64,000 nucleotides of DNA from an uncultured Gammaproteobacteria bacterium (GTDB taxonomy: Bacteria > Patescibacteriota > Patescibacteriia > JAHIZJ01), in contig CAYJKP010000002.1 in NCBI GenBank assembly GCA_964371245.1, positions 178,306 through 242,305 of the forward strand, in the 5' to 3' direction. Every line of letters begins with the position of its first letter. The first letter of the stretch is position 1. Position numbers and translations under genes: made by a program. Of the stretch, positions 37,631-46,142 are shown piece after piece. The notes beneath the pieces were generated by a model. That model ran no database searches, was not told the DNA's origin, and worked only from the letters and a program-made list of their open reading frames with translations.

Positions 37631-38272
37631 ATGTTCACCGAAACTAATACATGGTTTTATACGTTGAGTACTATTTCCCAGACTTGCGCTGCTATACTTG
37701 CGCTCGGTGCAACATTCGTTGTATTTAAGCTTGATAAAGTAAAAATAGCAATTGATAATTATAGAGGTAGAGTAGTTCGATTATTACAGCTCTGGCATAG
37801 AGGTGAAAAAGCGCCAGATAAGTTTTTTGATGAGCCTGATGAAAAAATAATAGAACAGTACATAACAAGCGTAATTGATAGCGATGAAGATGTATTTGAC
37901 AGAAACGGTGTTATAGAATTATATGAGCTTTTTGAAGGAGTTCGTTTGAATTATGCTGTATCAAAAGATGCATTTATAATGAGCAACGGAATAAAACTAG
38001 ATCATGAAGAAAGAAAAAGGTGGTGTAACAGAATGGCTCACCTCATGAAAAAAAACGTTATACTAAATAATAGAATATATAATTATTTACGGTTTTCTAT
38101 AATATCTCTAGCGATGAGTATAATAATAAGCGTCGGATTGTTAATAGCGAAACCCTTAAATTTACCTGTTGATAAAAATACTTTAATTGTAATTGTGGCT
38201 TTTGCAATTTTATCAATTGGGTACAGCGCTTATGCTGTTTGGAAAATCGCCAGATCAAAACCTATTCAATAA
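37631..38272 (+). CDS. membrane protein co-transcribed with the DGQHR protein (1 N-terminal and 2 C-terminal TM helices, ~110-aa acidic soluble core)
   Basis: Starts 8 nt after the DGQHR stop. Same low GC. Hydrophobic segments WFYTLSTISQTCAAILALGATFVVF and FSIISLAMSIIISVGLLIA/LIVIVAFAILSIGYSAYAV. Confidence 0.55.
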   Translation: MFTETNTWFYTLSTISQTCAAILALGATFVVFKLDKVKIAIDNYRGRVVRLLQLWHRGEKAPDKFFDEPDEKIIEQYITSVIDSDEDVFDRNGVIELYELFEGVRLNYAVSKDAFIMSNGIKLDHEERKRWCNRMAHLMKKNVILNNRIYNYLRFSIISLAMSIIISVGLLIAKPLNLPVDKNTLIVIVAFAILSIGYSAYAVWKIARSKPIQ

Positions 38273-38299
38273 ATATGTGACCATAAAATACTGTATACA

Positions 38300-38701
38300 A
38301 TGCTCTACCTAAAAAATCCCCACCGGGCGATTAAACACCTCATCGTCATCCCGCTCGTCTCCACCCTGATCATCCCCCTCGCCCTCCTCGACCTCTGGGC
38401 GGAGATCTACCACCGGGTCGCGTTCCCGCTGTACCGCTTCCCCTATCTGAAGCGGCGGGAATACATCAAGCTCGACCGGCACAAGCTGAAATATCTGTCG
38501 TTCTGGGAAAAGTGCTACTGCGCCTATTGCAGCTACGGCAACGGCGTAATCAACTATTGGCTGCGGATGGCCGGCGAGACCGAGCGCTACTGGTGCGGCA
38601 TCAAGCACGCGGCTGACCCCCGCTTCCACGAGCCGGCGCACCAGCGGAAGTTCGCGGAGTATAATAACGAAGAGGATTTTAACCGCAAATATAAGCAATA
38701 A
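38300..38701 (+). CDS. hypothetical protein with N-terminal TM and a CYCAYC...WCG Cys cluster
   Basis: 133-aa ORF of normal GC. No family assigned. Confidence 0.4.
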   Translation: MLYLKNPHRAIKHLIVIPLVSTLIIPLALLDLWAEIYHRVAFPLYRFPYLKRREYIKLDRHKLKYLSFWEKCYCAYCSYGNGVINYWLRMAGETERYWCGIKHAADPRFHEPAHQRKFAEYNNEEDFNRKYKQ

Positions 38702-38702
38702 A

Positions 38703-39308
38703 ATGAAACAAACAATTTGTTTATTCGGCGACAGCATCGCCTGGGGAGCCTGGGACCGGGAACGGGGCGGCTGGGCTGCTCGATTGAGAATCTATTTAGA
38801 AACAAATAACCGCGATATTGCCGTGTATAACTGCGGCGTATCCGGTGATACAGTCGCAGATTTGCTTCAACGAATCGATGTCGAGTGCCAGGCCAGGTGC
38901 CCGAATATCATCGTCTTGTCTATCGGAATTAACGATTCCCGATATTACACGACAAAAGACAAACCGGAAACAACCCTCGAGCAATTTCAAAAGAACTTTG
39001 ACGAACTTCTTAAGAAAGCAAAAAAGTATGCTGATACAATCATCTGTCTGGGGCTCACCAAAGTTGATGAAAAGATAACAACACCCTGCTCTTGGAAGCC
39101 AGATAAGTATTACGATGATGAAAATATCAGAAAGTATGACGCGATAATACAAAAGTCTTGTGACAGCGCGGGCGTACTTTTCTACAGCATGTATGACTTG
39201 CTAGATTTCTCCGATCTGGTCGATGGTCTGCACCCCAGCCCCAAAGGACATGAAAAAATGTTCCAAGTGATAAAAGAGTTTTTTCAGAAGCAGGGATATA
39301 TATCATAG
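38703..39308 (+). CDS. SGNH/GDSL-family hydrolase
   Basis: Block I FGDSIAWG (GDS-type catalytic Ser), block III GxND, block V DGLHPS. Confidence 0.75.
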   Translation: MKQTICLFGDSIAWGAWDRERGGWAARLRIYLETNNRDIAVYNCGVSGDTVADLLQRIDVECQARCPNIIVLSIGINDSRYYTTKDKPETTLEQFQKNFDELLKKAKKYADTIICLGLTKVDEKITTPCSWKPDKYYDDENIRKYDAIIQKSCDSAGVLFYSMYDLLDFSDLVDGLHPSPKGHEKMFQVIKEFFQKQGYIS

Positions 39309-39477
39309 CCGGTAATAAAATATCTCTCGACTAAGTCAGCCGAAGCTTGGCGAAGGCTGACGCATGGAGAGATACGATAAATTAATGTATCTCTCGACCT
39401 TGTTCGAGAAATATTTTTTATTAAATTAAAAAGACCCTGTTTATTACTCGTCGGGTCTCGGTAACGAGTGTGTGCTG

Positions 39478-39963
39478 CTAAACGATGCTCACGCCGGCCT
39501 GGTTGAGCTCGACGACGATGCTCGCCTCGTCGTCCAGGATCTGGCCATCGCACCAGTCGAGGCGGTCCTCGTCACAGCCGGTGCACCGGGCGTAGAGCCG
39601 GTCGGGATTCCCGCCGGGATCGCGCCGCGTCACTTCCCAGACGCGGCCGTGCGCATCCCTGATGCCGTTGCCCAGCGCCAGATCGCGCCATTCCGTCTGG
39701 GTGATTGGCGTCTTCCATACGCGCCCGTCCTCGATCGCCGTCACCGTGAGGCTCACCTCAAGCCTGGTGACCTCGCCGTCGTCGGTGTATTTCGGCTCGA
39801 GCGAAACGCCGCTCTGAACCTGGAGCGTCCGACGGTCCATCGACACCTGGCCTACGCGGACCTGGCCCGCGGGAGCGTTCAGACCGGGATCGTAGACGCG
39901 CCAGATCTCGTGCCCGTTCTCGAAACAGAAGACATCACCGGTCTTGAGCGTGCTTAAGAGCAT
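39478..39963 (-). CDS. hypothetical protein (high-GC island)
   Basis: Start at internal ATG with SD GGAGAAGGAGG. 161 aa. Downstream hairpin terminator. Confidence 0.45.
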   Translation of the reverse strand: MLLSTLKTGDVFCFENGHEIWRVYDPGLNAPAGQVRVGQVSMDRRTLQVQSGVSLEPKYTDDGEVTRLEVSLTVTAIEDGRVWKTPITQTEWRDLALGNGIRDAHGRVWEVTRRDPGGNPDRLYARCTGCDEDRLDWCDGQILDDEASIVVELNQAGVSIV

Positions 39964-40118
39964 GAGGTTCCTCCTTCTCCGTGGACATTCATGGCCATGA
40001 GTGCATCGTGACAACAACCGCCCATACTAGCAAATTCCCGCGAATTGTCAAGGTGGCTATCTGGAGCGCCGCTTCAAAAAATGCGATAAAGCGCCGCCTA
40101 TAAATACGTTTATACCAC

Positions 40119-40188
40119 TGTCATCCCGAACTTGTTTCGGGATCTCACTGCTGCACTATGGAGATACTGAAACAAGTTCAGTATGACA
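40119..40188. repeat. 70-nt imperfect inverted repeat (20-nt arms TGTCATcccGAACTTGTTTC / GAAACAAGTTCagtATGACA) forming a long hairpin
   Basis: 17/20 complementary arm positions with a 30-nt spacer. Followed by a CCGGCAAAGCCGG hairpin and a T-rich run. Lies in a divergent intergenic region. Confidence 0.5.
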
Positions 40189-40226
40189 ATAAGAAGGCGG
40201 CGCTTTCCGGCAAAGCCGGACTTTTC

Positions 40227-40257
40227 TGTCACTTTTCTTTTTAAAAGAAAAGTGACA
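40227..40257. promoter_or_regulatory. perfect 15-bp-arm palindrome TGTCACTTTTCTTTT-T-AAAAGAAAAGTGACA, candidate operator
   Basis: Perfect dyad symmetry ~40 nt upstream of the 40299 start. Shares TGTCA/TGACA half-sites with the neighbouring long inverted repeat. Confidence 0.4.
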
Positions 40258-40298
40258 AAGGACTTGTAAATTAGCTCATCCTGAATTACGATGAGTAT

Positions 40299-40919
40299 AT
40301 GAAACGAACGAAAACCCAAATCTTCTACATCCACGGCGGCGATACCCACCAAAACGAACGGGCCTATCAGCGCTGGCTGAAAACGCGGCCGATCACCATC
40401 GAGAAAAAAATCACCTGGACCACGACCTATCTCGACCAGGCGCTTGGTCCACGCTTTCACATCATCCGTCCCCGGATGCCGCTCCAGGACAACGCGAAGT
40501 ACCGGGACTGGAAAACGCATTTCGAACGGTTTTTCCCGAAGCTGAAAAACAATATTATCCTCATCGGCCAGTCGCTCGGCGGCATTTTCCTAGCCAAGTA
40601 TTTATCCGAGAACAAATTCCCCCGGAAGATATTATCCGCCTACCTGGTCTGCCCGCCGTTCGACGACACCCTGCGAAAAGAACGTTTGGCCGGCGGATTT
40701 AAACTCAAGTCTGACTTTTCGCTCCTCGAAAAGAACGCGTCCAAACTCACCTTGCTTTTTTCGAAGAACGACGACGTTGTTCCATACGTTCACGCAGCCA
40801 AGTACGCGAAGAAATTGCCGCACGCGAAGGTGATTGTCTACAAACACATAAACGGACACTTCCGAGTGGCGAGGTTGCCCGAGATTGTCAGGATGATTAA
40901 GCACGATATGAAAAAATAG
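40299..40919 (+). CDS. alpha/beta-fold serine hydrolase (RBBP9/YdeN-like esterase family)
   Basis: GxSxG nucleophile elbow (GQSLGG). 206 aa with a conserved His near the C-terminus. Confidence 0.6.
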   Translation: MKRTKTQIFYIHGGDTHQNERAYQRWLKTRPITIEKKITWTTTYLDQALGPRFHIIRPRMPLQDNAKYRDWKTHFERFFPKLKNNIILIGQSLGGIFLAKYLSENKFPRKILSAYLVCPPFDDTLRKERLAGGFKLKSDFSLLEKNASKLTLLFSKNDDVVPYVHAAKYAKKLPHAKVIVYKHINGHFRVARLPEIVRMIKHDMKK

Positions 40920-40920
40920 C

Positions 40921-41295
40921 ATGAAAATTATTCGAAAAGAAGAAACGCCATTCGTCTCAAAACCTGAAGGCACGAATGTCCGCTACTATTTGCGCGACGA
41001 ATATGAAGTGCATCACAACGAACAGGCTCCGGGCTCAACGCAAACGTGGCACCATCACGAAAAAATCCTTGAAACTTTGTATATTATCGAGGGCGAACTG
41101 ACGGCTGAATGGAAACACGATGGGAAAAGCGAAAAAGAAATCGTCCGGGCCGGCGACTTGATTGAAACCGAGAATACGCCGCACACGTTTACGAACCATA
41201 CTGATAAAATCGTGAAGTTTATTGTTATTAAGCAGGTGCTGGTTGGCACAAATAAACGCGACATTTTAAAAAGCGATAAGGTCGTCGATCAATAA
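40921..41295 (+). CDS. cupin domain protein
   Basis: Two-His cupin motif (WHHHEK...) in a 124-aa beta-barrel-sized protein. Coupled to the upstream gene. Confidence 0.55.
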   Translation: MKIIRKEETPFVSKPEGTNVRYYLRDEYEVHHNEQAPGSTQTWHHHEKILETLYIIEGELTAEWKHDGKSEKEIVRAGDLIETENTPHTFTNHTDKIVKFIVIKQVLVGTNKRDILKSDKVVDQ

Positions 41296-41313
41296 ATTCT
41301 ATTTTTCTCATAT

Positions 41314-42075
41314 ATGGACTATATAAACATCGCTACCCAGGCGGTAAAAAAATCTGGTGACGTATTGAAAAACTCCTTTGCTCGCCAATCGACGGTCGAA
41401 GGAAAAGGCAAGCATGACATTGTCACTGAAGCGGATCGCGCGTCGGAAAAAATAATACTCGACCTCCTGCATGATTATTTTCCAGACCATGCCATTGTGG
41501 CCGAGGAGTCAGGCGCCCGACACACAAATTCCTCCTACACTTGGTATGTTGACCCGCTTGATGGGACGACTAATTTTGTGACTGGAAATCCGTATTTTTC
41601 CGTTTCACTCGCACTGGCGCATGAGGGAGAGGTCGTGTTGGCGGTTGTTTTCAACCCCATACTCGATGAATTGTATGTCGCCGAAAAAGACCATGGCGCG
41701 TTTCTGAATGGCCAACAAATGCACGTTTCAAAAAATAGACAGTTTTCCGAAGCCTTACTGGCGGCCGCGTATTCTATGGCTGAAAACGACATCAGGCGTG
41801 GCCTGAAAACCATCGAAGCACTCGCGCTTAAGGCGCGAAAAGTTGTCATCAATTTTTCTCCCGCCCTGGATTTGTGCAATATTGCGCGCGGCCGAATCGA
41901 CGGCCTGGTCGATAATGGCACCACGCCCGAAGATCACGCGGCCGGGAGTTTAATTCTGACCGAGGCCGGCGGCGCGGTCCAAAATTATCAGTCCGCCCAT
42001 TGGAACGTGAACGAAACCGGCGTCATCGCCTCGAATGGCGTGTTTCAAAAAGAACTTGCCACGATCGCGCAATAA
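41314..42075 (+). CDS. inositol monophosphatase family protein (SuhB/IMPase)
   Basis: Motifs EESG and WYVDPLDGTTNF, and a C-terminal region diagnostic of IMPase/FBPase family metal sites. Confidence 0.8.
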   Translation: MDYINIATQAVKKSGDVLKNSFARQSTVEGKGKHDIVTEADRASEKIILDLLHDYFPDHAIVAEESGARHTNSSYTWYVDPLDGTTNFVTGNPYFSVSLALAHEGEVVLAVVFNPILDELYVAEKDHGAFLNGQQMHVSKNRQFSEALLAAAYSMAENDIRRGLKTIEALALKARKVVINFSPALDLCNIARGRIDGLVDNGTTPEDHAAGSLILTEAGGAVQNYQSAHWNVNETGVIASNGVFQKELATIAQ

Positions 42076-42102
42076 TAATTCAGCGCATCTAATATAAACA
42101 AG

Positions 42103-42146
42103 CGACCCTGCAACTGGTTTGGTGCAGGGCTGCCTGTTTTTTATCT
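42103..42146. terminator. rho-independent terminator between convergent genes
   Basis: CCCTGCAactggtttggTGCAGGG hairpin followed by a T6 run 7 nt downstream. Confidence 0.45.
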
Positions 42147-42162
42147 TATTTTGTTGTCTTCG

Positions 42163-44106
42163 CTATTGCCGCGGCGCGAGCGAGAAGTTCACGTTCTTGG
42201 CGATATTGCCGATCGTGATTGTTACGTTTCGCGGGCCGGGCAGGTCATAATATGGACTGACGACAGTAACGCGGCGCGCGCCTGGGGCGATCCCGTCGAC
42301 AACGTAGTAGCCGTTCGAGTCTGACCAGGCCGAAAACACCGTATCGACTATCTTCACCAGCGCCGAAACCGGCAAACCAGTCACTTTATCCGTCAGGTAG
42401 CCGGAAACCGAGCCGGCCGGCGCGAGCGCCACGACTGATCCGGTCTTTTGGCCGGCGGTAACATTGGCCTTAACGATCTGGGTAACGTATTTGGTCGAGC
42501 TGATTTTCAGACGATAGGTGTTGGTCTTCAGGCTCCGCACCAGGTAGTACCCTTTTTCATCAGTCACGGCATACGTATAGGGAATTTCTTTGCCATTATT
42601 CGGCGCATAGACCTCAACGATCGCGCCCGCGACGCCTTTACCGCTGGCTGTCACCCGTCCATGGATTGAGCCGCCCTTGTCGAGTCGGTACTTTTGGCCG
42701 GTCGTATTGGCATTTAAGGTGATCGTTTCTTTGTTATACGTAATGTAGCCATTGAGGATAATTTTCAGCCGGTAATCGCCAGGCGAGACATTGCGGAAGG
42801 TGAAGCCGCCGTCGCTCTTCGTGGTAAAGGCGTAATCAGACACCTCCGAGCGGGTTTTATTCCGTTTAAATAGATAGACAACCGCGTTATCGAGCGGGAC
42901 GCCGCTCTTTGATTTCACGGATCCGCTGAATTTCACAGCTGCTGGCAGGGTGAGGTTTTTACCCGAGGTGGTCCGACCAGCGCTGACGGAAACGCCATAA
43001 AGCTTCTGGCCGACGTAATAGTTCCGGGTGGCCGTAACCGTGTAGCTGGTCGAGGGTTTCAGCCGTGAGAGCGTATACTTCCCGCCCGACCCGGTTGTCG
43101 TGGAATAGGTATGACCGTAGCCGTCATCGGCGGTAATGGTAACACCCGAGAGGCCGCTGCCACTCGATTTCGTGATTTTACCCGTAATCTTCCCTCCCTT
43201 GTTCAAAGAGAGATTCCGATTTGTCAGATGCGTGTCGTCGCCCGCGATGGAAATGTCCGCTGTTTTTGTGACATAGCCCGACACGCTGACCGTCATCGTA
43301 TAATCGCCCACGGCCGTACTGTTCGTGGTATACATGTCGTAAATAGATACCGTATACCGGCCGGAGGAGTTCGTCGTGGCGCCGTAGGTGCCGCCGGTCG
43401 ACTTCGCAAGGGTAACCGTCGCGCCGGATAGGGCAGCGCCGCTGGCAGTCTTTATCACGCCGGAAACGGTACTGGCCGGCTTCAGCCAGAAATTTCTGGT
43501 TACAGTCCGTTCATCGCCAGTCAAGTTGACGCCGCTCACGGAAGCGCTGAAATACCCAGGTTTTTGAATTATCACGTTGTACACGCCAGCCGCCGAATCA
43601 GTATAGTCGTCAGGCAGTGGAATATTATAATACACGCCGCTCGAGGTCGAGGTTGCATACCCGTAGCCGTTCGCCGAGCCGCCGGCGTGGGTATAATAAA
43701 TGGTCGCCTCGCTCACTCTAGTAACTCCATCAGATGCGTATACGCGTCCGGTAAAACGGCCGCGCTTGGTTAGAGAAAAATTTCTGGTCACCGTACCGGC
43801 GCTCGTAACCGTGACTGTTTTTGTCTGTTGGATTAAATACATATTGGAAACATTCCCTAGATACATGTAGTGTGTTACGTCATACGTGCCGGGCGCCACG
43901 GCAATGCTGTATGAGCCATCGGCTCCGGTCGTGGCATATTCGACAGACCCACTGCTTGTGTTTTGCGCATACATGGTCAATGATTCGATCGGATTGCCGT
44001 TTGACGCATACGTGACCGTACCCTGAATTGTTCCATCCGCGGCCAGGGCGGGCGTGGCCACAACAAAAGCCGCGCCGATGATGAACGCGTAGAGAAGTTT
44101 TTTCAT
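42163..44106 (-). CDS. secreted protein with ~7 tandem carboxypeptidase-regulatory-like (CarboxypepD_reg) beta-sandwich domains
   Basis: Signal peptide (MKKLLYAFIIGAAFVVATPALA) and repeated G.V.G.V....G.P...A.V.. units along the whole length. Confidence 0.55.
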   Translation of the reverse strand: MKKLLYAFIIGAAFVVATPALAADGTIQGTVTYASNGNPIESLTMYAQNTSSGSVEYATTGADGSYSIAVAPGTYDVTHYMYLGNVSNMYLIQQTKTVTVTSAGTVTRNFSLTKRGRFTGRVYASDGVTRVSEATIYYTHAGGSANGYGYATSTSSGVYYNIPLPDDYTDSAAGVYNVIIQKPGYFSASVSGVNLTGDERTVTRNFWLKPASTVSGVIKTASGAALSGATVTLAKSTGGTYGATTNSSGRYTVSIYDMYTTNSTAVGDYTMTVSVSGYVTKTADISIAGDDTHLTNRNLSLNKGGKITGKITKSSGSGLSGVTITADDGYGHTYSTTTGSGGKYTLSRLKPSTSYTVTATRNYYVGQKLYGVSVSAGRTTSGKNLTLPAAVKFSGSVKSKSGVPLDNAVVYLFKRNKTRSEVSDYAFTTKSDGGFTFRNVSPGDYRLKIILNGYITYNKETITLNANTTGQKYRLDKGGSIHGRVTASGKGVAGAIVEVYAPNNGKEIPYTYAVTDEKGYYLVRSLKTNTYRLKISSTKYVTQIVKANVTAGQKTGSVVALAPAGSVSGYLTDKVTGLPVSALVKIVDTVFSAWSDSNGYYVVDGIAPGARRVTVVSPYYDLPGPRNVTITIGNIAKNVNFSLAPRQ

Positions 44107-44334
44107 GTGTGTATTGTGAATACTTAGTACTCTTAGTATAGCAACGGATTGGATTACGCGCTAGCAAGCGATTTTTCCTCATGTTTTACAGGCCTAAGCA
44201 CAATCGGAGCGGGACTTGACGTTCGGTCCATATATGATACATTATTCAGTCGAGCCAATACGACTATTTGCGGTTGTGCTGGCTTCGGACGACGGGGTTA
44301 CGGTCGGACACACGGATAGAAGGAGGGTTCAGTC

Positions 44335-44949
44335 ATGGAGCTGAGGATTCCGTCAACTGCTTACGGCGTGACCTTGTTTGTGCGTCGGGGCGAGGCGCAT
44401 AAGGAAGTGCCGGCCATAAGCCGCACCCTGACCCAAGAGGGCGCTGATCACTGCATCGGGGTCAGTTCGTACTGGGAAGAGGTGATCGGCTCACTGAGCA
44501 CTCGGTTCGACAGGCCTCGGTATTTCACCGGTTCGATGCCCGCCACGGTGCTCACGTGCTACTTCATCTTCGGGCCGTCGGCGATTACCATCCACCCGCA
44601 CCTCACCTCCACGGTCAGCGGCAAGACCATCCAGGAAGGTCGCTGGTTCGAGGCGCAGCAGGCGGCTGGCAGGACCCGCGTCCAGACCATCAGAGCGCTC
44701 TGGGAAACCCCGGAGATCTGGGAAGGTCAGCCGTTCGAGCACCAGAGCCGGCAGGTGCACCAGTTCCTCGTGGAAGAAGGGGCTGGTCTCTTCCGCATCG
44801 CCGTCAGCGACGAGCCAGCGATCACGCTCGCGCTTCTCGACGCGGTCGATGACGAAGTGCTCGGCCTGGGTCCTTGCGAAGGACTTCTGATCTTCCGTGA
44901 TCGGGAGGGCACCATCGTTGGCACCCAGAAGCTCGTTCCCTCAGTGTAA
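44335..44949 (+). CDS. hypothetical protein (high GC)
   Basis: 204-aa ORF with an SD-like GAAGGAGGG upstream and a clean terminator downstream. Confidence 0.4.
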   Translation: MELRIPSTAYGVTLFVRRGEAHKEVPAISRTLTQEGADHCIGVSSYWEEVIGSLSTRFDRPRYFTGSMPATVLTCYFIFGPSAITIHPHLTSTVSGKTIQEGRWFEAQQAAGRTRVQTIRALWETPEIWEGQPFEHQSRQVHQFLVEEGAGLFRIAVSDEPAITLALLDAVDDEVLGLGPCEGLLIFRDREGTIVGTQKLVPSV

Positions 44950-45063
44950 CGCCGCCCTTAGGCGCTGCGCGTCAGTCCAGGGATTCCTCGGACTGACTTT
45001 TTTTATATATGAAAACGACCCGTCTGAATACGGGTCAAAGTGCGATTTCAATTGTCGGACAGT

Positions 45064-45921
45064 TCACTCGTCGTGCGTGACCGTTACATCAGGAAAGATG
45101 AGCTGGGTTGATTCCGCATTGATGGTCGCTTGGGTACAGCCGAGCGTTTGCAGAGCGCGGAAGTGTTTCCGCAGACCGCGTAAATGTGCGAGCAGGAATT
45201 CAGCGCCGTCAAAGTTCGGCAGATCGGCTGGCGGTGTCGTAGCCGGGGCGGGTGCCTCGCGCGTGGGTTCGTCCAGGCGAGGGGCTGATGGCACCAGGTC
45301 AGGTTCAGGCGATAGTCTCAGCCAAGCGCCAATTTCCTCAAACAGATCGGCCGCTCGGACATCCATCGGATCGAGACGATACTGGATCGCCTCGTCTGAA
45401 ACGCGCACGGCACAATGAAGATAGCGACCATCGCCGCTGACTTCCAGCCGGTAGGGTTGTCCCCCCTGGAGCTGGAGCAGATGATTGCGCTCTCGATCAT
45501 ACTGTGCAACGTGCGGGTTCCTCTCAAAATAGTCCTCGAGCCCTGCCAGCGTGATCGGCTGACGCGTCCTGCCGCTGTCCGAACCGGGCGGCGGCTTTTC
45601 ATCTGCCTCGGGCGCAGGATCCCGCGGCTGAAATCTCGGAAAGGCCTGCCGCAAATCTGTAACCATGCCATGCACATTAGCGCCGGGTGCCGAACGAATG
45701 TCGATCGGTTGAAGCCAACGGCCCTCGTAGTACGTCACGATAACGCGATCATCCTTGACGTTTGCAGCTGGTAAGCGCGCCGACCCGACGTACGGCTGGC
45801 GCGGTCTCGGCGTAGCTGACTGAACGCGGCCTTTCAGCAATACCTTGATCCAGGTAATGAGCTGTTCGAGGTGCGCTTGAAAGAGCGCCTCCGGTTCAAA
45901 AACCCGCTCTGTTGAACTCAT
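45064..45921 (-). CDS. hypothetical protein (high GC)
   Basis: Start at internal ATG with SD AGGAGA. 285 aa. Convergent terminator at ~45020-45060. Confidence 0.4.
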   Translation of the reverse strand: MSSTERVFEPEALFQAHLEQLITWIKVLLKGRVQSATPRPRQPYVGSARLPAANVKDDRVIVTYYEGRWLQPIDIRSAPGANVHGMVTDLRQAFPRFQPRDPAPEADEKPPPGSDSGRTRQPITLAGLEDYFERNPHVAQYDRERNHLLQLQGGQPYRLEVSGDGRYLHCAVRVSDEAIQYRLDPMDVRAADLFEEIGAWLRLSPEPDLVPSAPRLDEPTREAPAPATTPPADLPNFDGAEFLLAHLRGLRKHFRALQTLGCTQATINAESTQLIFPDVTVTHDE

Positions 45922-46142
45922 GATTGTCTCCTTCTGGCCGCTTGGCCAGATTGCCTGAAACAAAAGCCGTGGCGTGTGCCCTGCGAATAACCGACCCCAC
46001 CTTACCAATCGTGCCCTTGACTGTCAAATAAAAATCGGGCGGCCCTAATCAGTAATTGCCTTGATGTTAATCAATATTATCCCCCTGGACAAAAACCTAA
46101 AAATGCGCTATAATTACTGCAGAAAGTAAAAATAAAAACACA

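Noticed and set aside
38309-38737. 142-aa minus-strand ORF opposite the 38300 hypothetical gene
   Set aside because: Acidic low-complexity translation (EGEGDDQGGDERDDDE). Antisense to an ORF with a TM segment and Cys cluster that is the more plausible gene.
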